Below are positions 36,383 through 45,222 of a DNA stretch of 64,000 nucleotides, in pieces. Location of the stretch: NCBI GenBank assembly GCA_965248925.1, contig CBDFLE010000006.1, forward strand, positions 928,001 to 992,000, read 5' to 3'. The notes below the pieces were generated by a model. It had not been told where the DNA came from, ran no database searches, and was given only the letters and a program-made list of their open reading frames with translations. The stretch is from Candidatus Multivoradales bacterium (GTDB taxonomy: Bacteria > Acidobacteriota > Thermoanaerobaculia > Multivoradales > J023). Each line of letters opens with the position of its first letter. The stretch's first letter is position 1. Position numbers and translations under genes: made by a program.

Positions 36383-36885
36383 TACGAACCCCCGCGGCGA
36401 AATAGATTGAGCGTCGCCTCGCCGCGCCGGCCAGACACCAGAACCACTCGGCGCCGATTACGAGGCGCTAACACGATCTCGGCGGACCCGAGCAGGTCTG
36501 GCCGACGAATCTTGCGCGAGAGGTGTTGCACCAGCTCGCTGAGACCCTTGGCCACCAGCTTGCCGCCCAAGACGGCGCGCACTGGCGCAGACTTGAGGGC
36601 GCCAGTAACCAGGTCGAGCGCTCGCTCTTTGGTCTTGCCGTCCCACTCCCAGAGGTGGACCAGGATAAGCGCTCGCTCGGCTGGTTGCGTCCACAAAGTG
36701 GTTAGATCACTGACCCTTACCTCAGAATTGCGCCGCACGCTGTGGCGCTCTGACTCCCAGGTGACATCGTCGAATCCGATTTGCTGAACGACAACGGTCA
36801 CGTACAGCTCGCCGACCCGCTCGAAGCGTAGCTGCCCGCACCGCAGCTTGATCAGGTGGAGTATGAGTTCGGGACGATCGCTCAT
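36382..36885 (-). CDS. Hypothetical phage protein
   Basis: GAGGAG RBS, ATGA-coupled start (MSDRPELIL). Confidence 0.55.
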   Translation of the reverse strand: MSDRPELILHLIKLRCGQLRFERVGELYVTVVVQQIGFDDVTWESERHSVRRNSEVRVSDLTTLWTQPAERALILVHLWEWDGKTKERALDLVTGALKSAPVRAVLGGKLVAKGLSELVQHLSRKIRRPDLLGSAEIVLAPRNRRRVVLVSGRRGEATLNLFRRGGS

Positions 36886-37217
36886 CGAGACTCCTCCTCT
36901 GCTAGGCGCGACAGCCGCTCGACGTACCCCGCGCAGCTGTGGCGGTGAGCGCCCAGGGCCAGCCTGCTCAGCAGGCGCCACGACGCGATATGGCTCAGCT
37001 GCCTCTGCTCGCGGCATCTGAGCCACGCACTAGCGTGCTGCAGTGGCTGACCGGCGGGGCGGATGTAGACGGATCGGCCGACGTGGCGATACCAAGGCCA
37101 GCCGAAGACCGTGGCCCGCGGAATCTCAGTTACCGGGTCGCGGTGCATGACGACGCGGTGGGTCGAGGCTCCGAGCAGCGGCCGGGCATCCGGCAGGATG
37201 AGCGCCGGTGCGTTCAT
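36882..37217 (-). CDS. Hypothetical phage protein
   Basis: AGGAGG RBS, ATGA-coupled. Confidence 0.55.
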   Translation of the reverse strand: MNAPALILPDARPLLGASTHRVVMHRDPVTEIPRATVFGWPWYRHVGRSVYIRPAGQPLQHASAWLRCREQRQLSHIASWRLLSRLALGAHRHSCAGYVERLSRLAEEESR

Positions 37218-37828
37218 CTCCGGTCCTCCTGGACGAGAAAATCCTCGACGCCCAGTGCGATGCCCTTGGCGAATAGGCTCTGGACGACGCCATCCGTCAG
37301 CAGTCGCCGGTCATCTTCGTTGCTGATAAACGGCAGCTCGACCAGCGCTGCCGGTGCATAGGTGAGGCGCAGGACACCGAGGCGCGGACGGTCTTTGATC
37401 CCGCGCCACTTGGGAGGTACCAGGCGCCGACCCCAGAGCAAGTCATCGTGCTCTGAGAAGCCTTGCAGGCCATCGACCAGCGAGACCTTGATTTGCTCCG
37501 CAAGGCGCGCCCCCGCCCCATCCGGGCCAAAGCGCAGGACCTCGAGCCCGTGGGCTCGAAGGTCCTGGTGAGCGTTGGTGTGGATGCTGACGAACGCCTG
37601 GGCGTCCACCAGATTGACGAGCTGGGCTCGATGGGACACCCCCGCCGTTTGCCCAAGTGCCCGCGTGAAGCGGACGCGGTGGCCGGTCCACCGAAGCAGT
37701 GTTGCCACCGCCACAGCGACTGGCCATGCAATGTCGGTCTCGCGCAGCCGTGGGCTCACATCGTGCGCTACCGCTCCAGGATCCCTACCTCCGTGACCGG
37801 GGTCGATCACCACCAGCGAGCGACTCAT
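37214..37828 (-). CDS. N-acetylmuramoyl-L-alanine amidase (Amidase_3)
   Basis: VIDPGHGGRDPGA, E, FVSIHTNA, PAALVELPFISN. Confidence 0.92.
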   Translation of the reverse strand: MSRSLVVIDPGHGGRDPGAVAHDVSPRLRETDIAWPVAVAVATLLRWTGHRVRFTRALGQTAGVSHRAQLVNLVDAQAFVSIHTNAHQDLRAHGLEVLRFGPDGAGARLAEQIKVSLVDGLQGFSEHDDLLWGRRLVPPKWRGIKDRPRLGVLRLTYAPAALVELPFISNEDDRRLLTDGVVQSLFAKGIALGVEDFLVQEDRR

Positions 37829-38169
37829 TGGACACCGTCCCGCACCACCCAAGAATCTAGCGGGCCCCGGAACTCAATCTCAGCAGGCAGGCCCCTAGAT
37901 CCGCCCTCAACGGCTGTCTCGAACTGCCCCTGGGCAGAGTCCGCCGCGAACAGGCTGTCTATCCCCGTTCGGTCGCACGCCGATAAGTGGCGGAGGTCCA
38001 CCACCAAGCGCCGAGCAGTGGCGCGGCGGGCAGCAGTAGGCTCGGCGGCGCTCACCTCATCGCCGTAGATCACCCCGCCGCCGAGGTCAGCCTCGGTATC
38101 CGCGCCGGTCCACGCCGGCTCACGCTGATGCTGCATCGCACACCTCCTCGCTAGTGGCGAGCCGGCCAC
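37825..38169 (-). CDS. Hypothetical phage protein
   Basis: Its stop overlaps the amidase ATG; likely start at MQHQREP after GAGGAGG. Confidence 0.45.
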   Translation of the reverse strand: MAGSPLARRCAMQHQREPAWTGADTEADLGGGVIYGDEVSAAEPTAARRATARRLVVDLRHLSACDRTGIDSLFAADSAQGQFETAVEGGSRGLPAEIEFRGPLDSWVVRDGVQ

Positions 38170-38337
38170 CTAAGGACCTGCCGACTCGCCCAGAACGCAA
38201 TACCAAACAGGCACGCAACAGCGCGCACCAGTCGGCCCACCCACACCGGACTCGCTCGGGAATATGGAATCCCTGCATTTTTGGAGTGGATGAGCCGGCT
38301 GCTAAGCGCCGGTGTGGTTTGGTGGTGGTGGAGCTGC

Positions 38338-38673
38338 TCATCGAGCACCTCCTCCGGTCCAGGCTGCTTTTGCAAGTGCAGGATTCGCGAAACGCCCACG
38401 CTGGCGCAGTGCCCATGAGCGAAATTCGTCGCCAGTCAAGCCCTCGGCAATGGCGCGACCGCTGTCACCAACGATGAGAGGGTGGAAATCTGGCAGCTGG
38501 TCGGCATAGCGGCGTGCAGTGGTGCGGCTCTTGATGCCGAGCATCGCCATTACCTGCTGTTTAGTGACGACATGCTGGGAACAAGCCATCTCGGCAAGGC
38601 AAAGCCGTAGTGCGACCAGCTCGGCCATTATTCTCTGGTGCCTCGCAAGCTCGCTGTCACATGTCCGCTTCAC
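38338..38673 (-). CDS. Small HTH (AlpA/Xis-like) protein
   Basis: VTKQQVMAMLGIKSRTTARRY; coupled to the cro-like gene. Confidence 0.5.
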   Translation of the reverse strand: MKRTCDSELARHQRIMAELVALRLCLAEMACSQHVVTKQQVMAMLGIKSRTTARRYADQLPDFHPLIVGDSGRAIAEGLTGDEFRSWALRQRGRFANPALAKAAWTGGGAR

Positions 38674-39203
38674 GAGCCAAGCTCCACCGCTTGAACGCCA
38701 ATCTGGATTTCAGGTTCCAGGTGGAAACTTGATTTGGAAGAACACCGAAAATCGCTACACAGACCAGGAACTTCAATTGGGGCTACCGGGCGCCCCAGAA
38801 AGGCTGACCACGACCCAGGCCAGTTGCAGGCCGGGAAAGCAGGAGCCCGGCCAGGAACAAGCGTCAAAACAGAGCCACCAACCTCGGGCGTTACGTACTT
38901 GACCTCCCCGGCAACCCTGGCGACGATGACATCGTGGCGACGTAGAGCCTCTTCGGCCGCTTCGCTCCAGCTCTGGAAACAAGTTGCTGACCAAAGCTGC
39001 CGAGGAACACCGAGGACTAGCTCAAAGAGCAGGGCCTCTCGGAGATAGACATGCTCAACTACGCCTCTTTCAAGCTTGGACAGGCGCATGGGCGAAATAT
39101 CAAGTTCAATCCCAAGACTGGAAAGAGTATGGCGAGCTGTCTTCCTGGCTCGCCTAAGCCTCTTGCCCGGTGTCTTACATGACTCTTTCTGTTTCTTATC
39201 CAT
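38670..39203 (-). CDS. Cro-like XRE HTH regulator
   Basis: GKRLRRARK...LSSLGIELDISPMRLSKLERG; ATG at 39203 just after the leftward promoter. Confidence 0.75.
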   Translation of the reverse strand: MDKKQKESCKTPGKRLRRARKTARHTLSSLGIELDISPMRLSKLERGVVEHVYLREALLFELVLGVPRQLWSATCFQSWSEAAEEALRRHDVIVARVAGEVKYVTPEVGGSVLTLVPGRAPAFPACNWPGSWSAFLGRPVAPIEVPGLCSDFRCSSKSSFHLEPEIQIGVQAVELGS

Positions 39204-39213
39204 CTCTTTCGAA

Positions 39214-39242
39214 ATCGTATACGACTCTGTATGAATCGTCAA
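39214..39242 (-). promoter_or_regulatory. Leftward (lytic) sigma70-type promoter
   Basis: TTGACG-17 bp-TACGAT; overlaps the palindrome TCGTATACGA (39215-39224). Confidence 0.7.
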
Positions 39243-39254
39243 TGGTAATTCTGA

Positions 39255-39283
39255 TTGACAGCTTCTATTGTTTTGTTTAAAGT
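39255..39283 (+). promoter_or_regulatory. Rightward (repressor) sigma70-type promoter
   Basis: TTGACA-17 bp-TAAAGT, 9 nt before the repressor ATG. Confidence 0.7.
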
Positions 39284-39292
39284 TTTATACGA

Positions 39293-39649
39293 ATGAATAA
39301 CTCGCTAATAAATGCAGCGATGGCGCTGCTCTTGAGACAATCTGGGTTCTCAAGAGCCGTGGCATCCCGGAAGATGGGGTGTACCAGCGCGTCGATGTCG
39401 AACTGGCTGAATGGCCGGACTACGCCAAGCGCGTCAAGCCTCTTTGAATTTCTGCGCGTGCTGGGCTACGATTTTCGTCATCTCCAGAGCGCGCTGGAGA
39501 GTCTCGAAAAGGAGGATGGGGCGGAACCTGTAACTGGCCTTGCCTTGGATCTGATGTCCGGGATTAGCCGCGGTGAGCTACTGAGAGTCCTCAGGGAGGA
39601 GGCTCGGAAGATGCTCACCGAAGCGGCCACTGCAACGGGAGAGGAATAG
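39293..39649 (+). CDS. CI-like XRE HTH repressor (no S24 peptidase domain)
   Basis: SRAVASRKMGCTSASMSNWLNGRTTPS; divergent from the cro-like gene. Confidence 0.8.
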   Translation: MNNSLINAAMALLLRQSGFSRAVASRKMGCTSASMSNWLNGRTTPSASSLFEFLRVLGYDFRHLQSALESLEKEDGAEPVTGLALDLMSGISRGELLRVLREEARKMLTEAATATGEE

Positions 39650-39653
39650 CATC

Positions 39654-40382
39654 ATGGGCCAGAAGTCCCAACACTCAAAGATCTTGGCGCTTGGAAAAGC
39701 GCGCTCAGAGGGTCTCTTTGAAAGTCTCTTTGAAAGTCTCTTGGATATTTGCCGAACGGCTCGCAAGTCTGGGGACGATCAGTCAGCGCTAGAAGCATTG
39801 TCGGTTGCGGCAAATTCTCCCGACAGGCTCCCGAGCACGGATTGCAGGCTCTTGCGCCAACTGGGATCGATGCGCCGAGAGCAATGTAAGCTCGACTCTG
39901 CCTGCGATGCCTTTGGACTAGCCTCCTGCATCGCAGCGGTCGCAGGAGACAGGGTTCAATGGGCTAGGGCTGAGACAGAATTTGGGCTCTGCTTGGTCGA
40001 AGCAGGGAAGAACGACCAAGCAAGGGACGTTCTGAGAACAGCCTTGGCCGGGTTGGGACGGATGGTGTCTCAACGTCGCCACCGTGCTTCTGCGCATCTG
40101 GGACTAGCAACCGTGGATGTCGAGTCGGGTCTATACGGCGCCGCAGAATCCCACTACCGGCGAGCCGAATCGTTAGCTGAGTCCCAGGAAGACAGAGCAA
40201 AAATCCTGGCCAGCCTTGGTCGCGTGCAGATCATTCGTGGTCGCCTTGACGATGGCATTGCATCGCTACGAGACGCCCTAACGATCACGCCGAAGCTCCA
40301 AGACCGAATTGCCATCGAGATTTTGATCGAGCAGTTCGCCTCCGAAACGGCAGCCGAAGGCGAACTCAGTGCCGGCGCTTAG
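39654..40382 (+). CDS. TPR-repeat protein
   Basis: Repeated helical pairs (ASAHLGLATV...AAESHYRRA; AKILASLGRV...GIASLRDAL). Confidence 0.7.
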   Translation: MGQKSQHSKILALGKARSEGLFESLFESLLDICRTARKSGDDQSALEALSVAANSPDRLPSTDCRLLRQLGSMRREQCKLDSACDAFGLASCIAAVAGDRVQWARAETEFGLCLVEAGKNDQARDVLRTALAGLGRMVSQRRHRASAHLGLATVDVESGLYGAAESHYRRAESLAESQEDRAKILASLGRVQIIRGRLDDGIASLRDALTITPKLQDRIAIEILIEQFASETAAEGELSAGA

Positions 40383-40720
40383 CCGCTCGGATCGATCAAG
40401 AATGGATTCTTCATCTGCTATTCCTCCTGATTGTTCCGGGTGGCCGCCATTGACCACTCATCGCCGTCTAACAGGCGAGTGTCTGATTTTGGATGCGTTT
40501 CGCGATGAGATCGCGAGGATATTCCCTAAATGACTGAAACTAGTGACCCCTTCTTCTGCGCTAAGCGAGTGCCCTACCCGCCTGGGCAAAATTCCGACAA
40601 GCCCCGGTCTCTTCGGTGGGGTCCATACATTGAGCCAGTGGGCCGCCGTCGAGTACTGCATCGGGGTCCTCGGGTCCAGCCTGTCGGTGTTGTCGGGGCG
40701 TAGGATCTGTTGGTAGTACA

Positions 40721-41896
40721 GTGAGGAAGCCTATCCTTGCCGAGCGGAATATCCGCCGACGCGGTAGCAGCTGGCAGCTCCGGATCTACTCGATGGGGCT
40801 TGGCCGTCAGGTCGTCGTCACCCACGGCAATCTGCCCCAGCTAGTAGCCAAGCGAGACGAGATCGAGGCCGACAACCTGTGCCGCAAAATCGGGGCATCT
40901 CCAGTACTGCGCTACCGGCCTGATCTTGGCAGCGTCCTGGAGCAGTTCCAACTCGAAATCGATCGCCGCGAGTGCTCTGGCGCGATCACTAGCGGCACTC
41001 TACGGACTTATGGCAACCACATCTCGGCATTCCAGCGATGGTCGGAAGAAACGGGGATGGATAGGTATGCCGCGGAAGACTTGCGGCGAACCCATGTGGA
41101 GCAATATTGCGCCTGGAGGGGGACCCACACGACGAGGGTTGGAACTAGCAAGGTGCGAGGCTCAAGCATGCGCACTGAACTCAGCACCCTCCGGCAGGCC
41201 CTCCGCCACGCCGAGATAACAGTCAACTGGCGCGCACCTCATTTCCTCAGCAAGGCGAGGGGTAAGAGGATCCTCTCGGCCGCAGAATTTTTCTCTTGGC
41301 TGGAGTGCATGCCCGTGGGCAGCCTGGAGCGCACCGCAGCAGAGCTAGCCTGGCGTACCGCGGCGCGTCCGAGCGACTGGATCAGGTTTCGGTGGAGCAA
41401 CGTCGACCGAGAAAGGGGGCTGCTGAAATTCGACGTCCAGAAACTCCGAGGCCAGCGCCATAGCGTCCCGCTGACTGACGAGATCCTCCATCATTTGAAC
41501 GCGTGGAGAACCAGCTCTGAGAGAGGCAACATCCTGCGAGGGCTGTGGTCACTGCATGCAGATCGACAGGCAATGCTTCGTGACACTATTTTCATCACAG
41601 GGACCACAGCGAGGCCCCGACGCCTGCGCACGAACTCACTCCGCAGGCGATGGGTCCAAGCTAGCAAGTCAGCGGGAATAGACCCGCCCATTAAAGCGGC
41701 CGGGGTTCTACGCAATCAGTTCATCGCCCTCGCCTTAGCGAGCGGCAGCAGCGCTTACGCTGTCGCTCGCCACGTTGGGCACAGCAGCCTCAATCTGTTG
41801 ATCCGGTACGCAGAGCAGGATTTGCCAACCGAACTCATCCAAGAAATGACCGGAAAAATCGACGAGCGCCGACGCGTTATCGTCCAAGAGCGCTAG
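40721..41896 (+). CDS. int: Tyrosine recombinase (prophage integrase)
   Basis: AWRTAARPSD (R), K, VLRNQF (xxxR), VGHSS (H), LIRYA (Y); sits next to the right att site. Confidence 0.85.
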   Translation: MRKPILAERNIRRRGSSWQLRIYSMGLGRQVVVTHGNLPQLVAKRDEIEADNLCRKIGASPVLRYRPDLGSVLEQFQLEIDRRECSGAITSGTLRTYGNHISAFQRWSEETGMDRYAAEDLRRTHVEQYCAWRGTHTTRVGTSKVRGSSMRTELSTLRQALRHAEITVNWRAPHFLSKARGKRILSAAEFFSWLECMPVGSLERTAAELAWRTAARPSDWIRFRWSNVDRERGLLKFDVQKLRGQRHSVPLTDEILHHLNAWRTSSERGNILRGLWSLHADRQAMLRDTIFITGTTARPRRLRTNSLRRRWVQASKSAGIDPPIKAAGVLRNQFIALALASGSSAYAVARHVGHSSLNLLIRYAEQDLPTELIQEMTGKIDERRRVIVQER

Positions 41897-42048
41897 AGAA
41901 TCTCGGCCAATCCTGTCCAACGAGGTGGCCGAATTTGGCCGAAATTTGGCAGGGCAGCATATATCCTGACTTTGTGAGAATCATCCAACTGCCTCAAAAC
42001 AATAAACTTACAGTGATTTTGTAGACAAGCAAATTCGCTGTGACTAAA

Positions 42049-42062
42049 TAGCGTAGATTTCG
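42049..42062. other. Prophage att core, right junction; on the minus strand it carries the transposase start ATG-GGA-CGA-AAT-CTA-CGC
   Basis: Identical to 4723-4736; ~150 bp downstream of the integrase. Confidence 0.88.
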
Positions 42063-42160
42063 TCCCATACCCACAGAGACGCGAAAGGTTCTTCGCTTCT
42101 TGCCTCTGACCTCGAGCGTGACTATCAACGGCTCTACACCCTGACGGCGGGAGCACGCTT

Positions 42161-42973
42161 TCAGTCCTGAGAAGCGATCTTGGCCAGTACATCAGGCCAA
42201 ATCTCGCTCCAGCAACAACTGTGATCGAAGCCGGGATAGATCACCAGCTCGGCAGCTGAGAGCTCGGCCAGACGGCGGGACGCATCGGGCGGGATTCGCT
42301 CGTCGTCCTCACCCAACAGGTGCAACTGGCGGATGCTCGCCGGCAAGGGCGGACGGCGAGACGGGTCGAGGGAACCGAGCAGCGGGGTGTAGTGGTGCAG
42401 GTCGGCCCAGGCGACCAGGTCGAGATTGGCGGCGAGGGTGACCACGGCTCGCACCTTGGGCAACCGCTCGGCTAGCAACATGGCCAGCACACCACCGCCG
42501 CTGTAACCCACCAGCACGATCTGCTCGACCGGAGGCTCGGCTAGCAAACTGAGCAGGGCCTGTTCCATTGCTGCCACCACCCGCGGCGAGTAGCGCGCCA
42601 GGGTCCACAGTAAAGGGTCGCAATCGTCGGTCTGGCGCCAGCGGTTGTAGCACGGCCGGCCCAAGTAGAGACTGGGGGCGGGATCGAGTTGCATCAGCTC
42701 GAAGGCCAGGGCGCGGCGCGGGTGCGGATCGGCGGCGACCAGCTGTTCGCCAATCCAGGGTCGGCCATCGCCTTCGAGATAGACGTGTAGCCGTCGATCG
42801 GTGCTGCTCCCGCCTTTACGGTAGGCCACGTGGTGGAAGTCGCCGCCCACCAACACCAGGCGCTGATAGCCGGCGGCGGCGGCGCGAGCCTCGAGGTGGG
42901 CGGCAGGGGTAGGCGTCGTGACACAGCCAACGACGGCCAACGAACAAAGCAGGGTGGCGGCGCGCCGGTTCAT
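42161..42973 (-). CDS. Alpha/beta hydrolase lipoprotein
   Basis: Lipobox VVGC, VYLEGDG, GYSGGG nucleophile, D, FDH. Confidence 0.88.
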   Translation of the reverse strand: MNRRAATLLCSLAVVGCVTTPTPAAHLEARAAAAGYQRLVLVGGDFHHVAYRKGGSSTDRRLHVYLEGDGRPWIGEQLVAADPHPRRALAFELMQLDPAPSLYLGRPCYNRWRQTDDCDPLLWTLARYSPRVVAAMEQALLSLLAEPPVEQIVLVGYSGGGVLAMLLAERLPKVRAVVTLAANLDLVAWADLHHYTPLLGSLDPSRRPPLPASIRQLHLLGEDDERIPPDASRRLAELSAAELVIYPGFDHSCCWSEIWPDVLAKIASQD

Positions 42974-44952
42974 CGAGCACTCGGCACGAAAAACAGCTCG
43001 CCACCTTCGTCGTCAGTCAGCCTGATCGGAGCCAGGAGCGGTCGCTGGTCGAGTTCGAATCGGCGGGCAGCATCCACCACCGGCTGCTCGATCTGGCGAA
43101 ATAGGGCCGACACCGGCAAGATCCGCTGATTGCCGCGAAGCGCGTCAAGCAAGGCGCGGGAGAAGACCGAGTTGCGCCCATCACCCCCAGCATCGAGCAC
43201 CGGACTGAGGCCACCCGAGGTGAGTGCCAGACGGGACCGGCGCTCGACCAACTGACGCACGCGGTCGGCATCGACCGGTGGATCGGCACTAGCGAGCGGC
43301 TCTGCCTCGTCACCCAAGGCACCGGAGTAGCATGAATCGGCCACCACCAGGACGTGGCGGGCAGCGATGTCGCCAATCAGAGTCGTGACATCGAATTTGA
43401 CGCTTACCCAATTCGACGTGTCCTCGGGCTCGGCGTCGATCGGCAGCCAGTAGCCCGACCCTTTCTGCAATAGCGAGCCGTGACCTGCGTAGAAGAGCAG
43501 CAGATTGTCGTTCGGCCCGACCTCGCCAATGATCTCGGTGAGGGCGGTGACGATCTCGTAACGTGTGGCGTTACGCAGGGTGCGCACATTGTAGCCGTAG
43601 CGGGTCTCCAGCACCTCGGCCAGCTCGCTGGCGTCGTTGACCGCGGTTTCCAGTCGCGGCAGCTTCTGGTATTCATCGTTGCCGATCAGCAGGGCGTAGG
43701 AAGCGCCGAAGTTGATCCCGGCATAGAGACTTGGGTCGTCCAGCTCATGTGCGCCTGCTGCTGATGACGCGGCTACCGCTGGGACGGTCTCTAGCGACCG
43801 ACCGCCGCCACCGAGCCAGCCCATCTGCCAAGCAACCAGGGCCAACAGCAGCAAGACACCAAGTCCCACCAATGGCGCGGTGCGGCGAGGGCGGGACGGC
43901 ATGCTAGCCGGCGGCTGAGCCTCGGCAGCCAGCAGCGCTCCACCACCCTCGGCGAGGGTCGGTGCCGAGGGGTTCCAGTCGCTGGGCGTGGTGCCGGCGG
44001 CGGTTGGCGCGGGCCGGGTCCGCAGGGGCCTAATGGGCTGCACCGCGGGCGGCAGCCCGGTGAAATCGTCGGCCCCGCTGTCTCCACTGCCTGAGAGGGA
44101 GCCGACCAAGGCTTCCGAAAATTCCCCGGCACTCGACCAGCGATCATCGGGACGCTTCTCAAGCGCCTTCATCACCACCCGCCGCAGCGATTCGGGAACC
44201 GCCTCGCCGAGCGTGGTCTCGTCAAAAGCCTTGGGCGGATGGAACAGGTGCCCGGCGATGATCGACACCTCGTCATCACCCTGGATCGGATACTCGCGGG
44301 TGAGCAGCTCGTAGAGCACGATGCCGAAGGAGTAGAGGTCACTCCGCGCGTCAACCGTCACCTCCCCCTTGCTGCTTTCCAGATGTTCCGGCGAAACGTA
44401 GCGCGCTTTGCCCACCACCAAGCCGGTCTGGGTCTGAAACTGCGCTCCTTCGAGGGACTTGGCCAGACCGAGGTCGATCAGCTTGACCCGCGGGCTGCCA
44501 TCGGCGACCCAACTGAGCATCAGATTGTCGGAGGCGATATCGCGGTGGAGGATTTTCTGCTCGTGCAGGAAGGCCAGCGCGGCAAGCCCCTGGCGACCGA
44601 TCTCCACCACCTGCTCCAGCGCCAGCTGCTTGTCGGTGGCCAGCAGCTGGGCGACGTTCATGCCCTCGACCAGCTCCATCACCATGTAGGCGGTGCCGTC
44701 TTCGGCAACACTGAAGTCATAGAGCTGGGCGATCCCCGGATGGCGCAGCCGGGTCGCCACCTGCGCCTCGCGCAAGAAACGGGCCTGCAGATCAGGATCC
44801 TCGCGAAATTGGGCGCGGATCATCTTGATCACCCGCAGCTCGTCGAGGAAGACATGGCGCACCTTATAGACCGCGCCCATGCCGCCCTCGCCCATCTTGG
44901 CGACGACTTCGTACTTCTGCTCGATTTCCGGACTCAGGTGCAGCTCGCTCAT
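42970..44952 (-). CDS. Ser/Thr protein kinase - TM - caspase (peptidase C14) fusion
   Basis: GEGGMGAVY, HRDI, DLG, SDLYSFG; TM helix; FYAGHG and ADSCYSG dyad. Confidence 0.92.
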   Translation of the reverse strand: MSELHLSPEIEQKYEVVAKMGEGGMGAVYKVRHVFLDELRVIKMIRAQFREDPDLQARFLREAQVATRLRHPGIAQLYDFSVAEDGTAYMVMELVEGMNVAQLLATDKQLALEQVVEIGRQGLAALAFLHEQKILHRDIASDNLMLSWVADGSPRVKLIDLGLAKSLEGAQFQTQTGLVVGKARYVSPEHLESSKGEVTVDARSDLYSFGIVLYELLTREYPIQGDDEVSIIAGHLFHPPKAFDETTLGEAVPESLRRVVMKALEKRPDDRWSSAGEFSEALVGSLSGSGDSGADDFTGLPPAVQPIRPLRTRPAPTAAGTTPSDWNPSAPTLAEGGGALLAAEAQPPASMPSRPRRTAPLVGLGVLLLLALVAWQMGWLGGGGRSLETVPAVAASSAAGAHELDDPSLYAGINFGASYALLIGNDEYQKLPRLETAVNDASELAEVLETRYGYNVRTLRNATRYEIVTALTEIIGEVGPNDNLLLFYAGHGSLLQKGSGYWLPIDAEPEDTSNWVSVKFDVTTLIGDIAARHVLVVADSCYSGALGDEAEPLASADPPVDADRVRQLVERRSRLALTSGGLSPVLDAGGDGRNSVFSRALLDALRGNQRILPVSALFRQIEQPVVDAARRFELDQRPLLAPIRLTDDEGGELFFVPSAR

Positions 44953-45130
44953 GCTGGTGGCCTCTCGATCGGTGGTCGAACTTCCCTTGTGCTTGTCGCT
45001 GGCCTCATGAGCCCAGAGCGTATTGTGCCCCGGTAGACCAAGCGTTTCGAGTCTTCTTGGCAGGCCATCGGCAAGGAATCAGGAGACCTGGTCGCGGGGG
45101 CAATCCGCAGAATCGTCGAGAGAACCCCCC

Positions 45131-45222
45131 TTGACTCCGCGGAACCGACGACTAATACTCCTCATGGAGGCTCGGCTCAGGGGCTGCTCTCGGGTGGCTC
45201 TGAAGGCATTGCCTCCTTTTTT
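45131..45222 (+). ncRNA. Putative small RNA (promoter, ~57-nt stem-loop, U6) convergent on the DUF3800 gene
   Basis: TTGACT-17-AATACT at 45131-45159; outer stem GGAGGC...GCCTCC (45166-45216); inner stem rich in G:U pairs; TTTTTT at 45217-45222. Confidence 0.6.

Larger units (their letters stand above)
4723..42062. mobile_element. Integrated siphovirus-like prophage (~37.3 kb)
   Basis: Integrase, CI/Cro switch, terminases, portal, ClpP-type protease, HK97 capsid, tail tube and tape measure, bounded by a 14-bp direct repeat. Confidence 0.93.

Noticed and set aside
4723-42062. Diversity-generating retroelement or retron in the prophage
   Set aside because: No reverse transcriptase motifs and no template/variable repeat pair seen.
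41897-42160. tRNA/tmRNA integration target
   Set aside because: No cloverleaf or T-loop/CCA signature; the att core lies in a protein-coding start.
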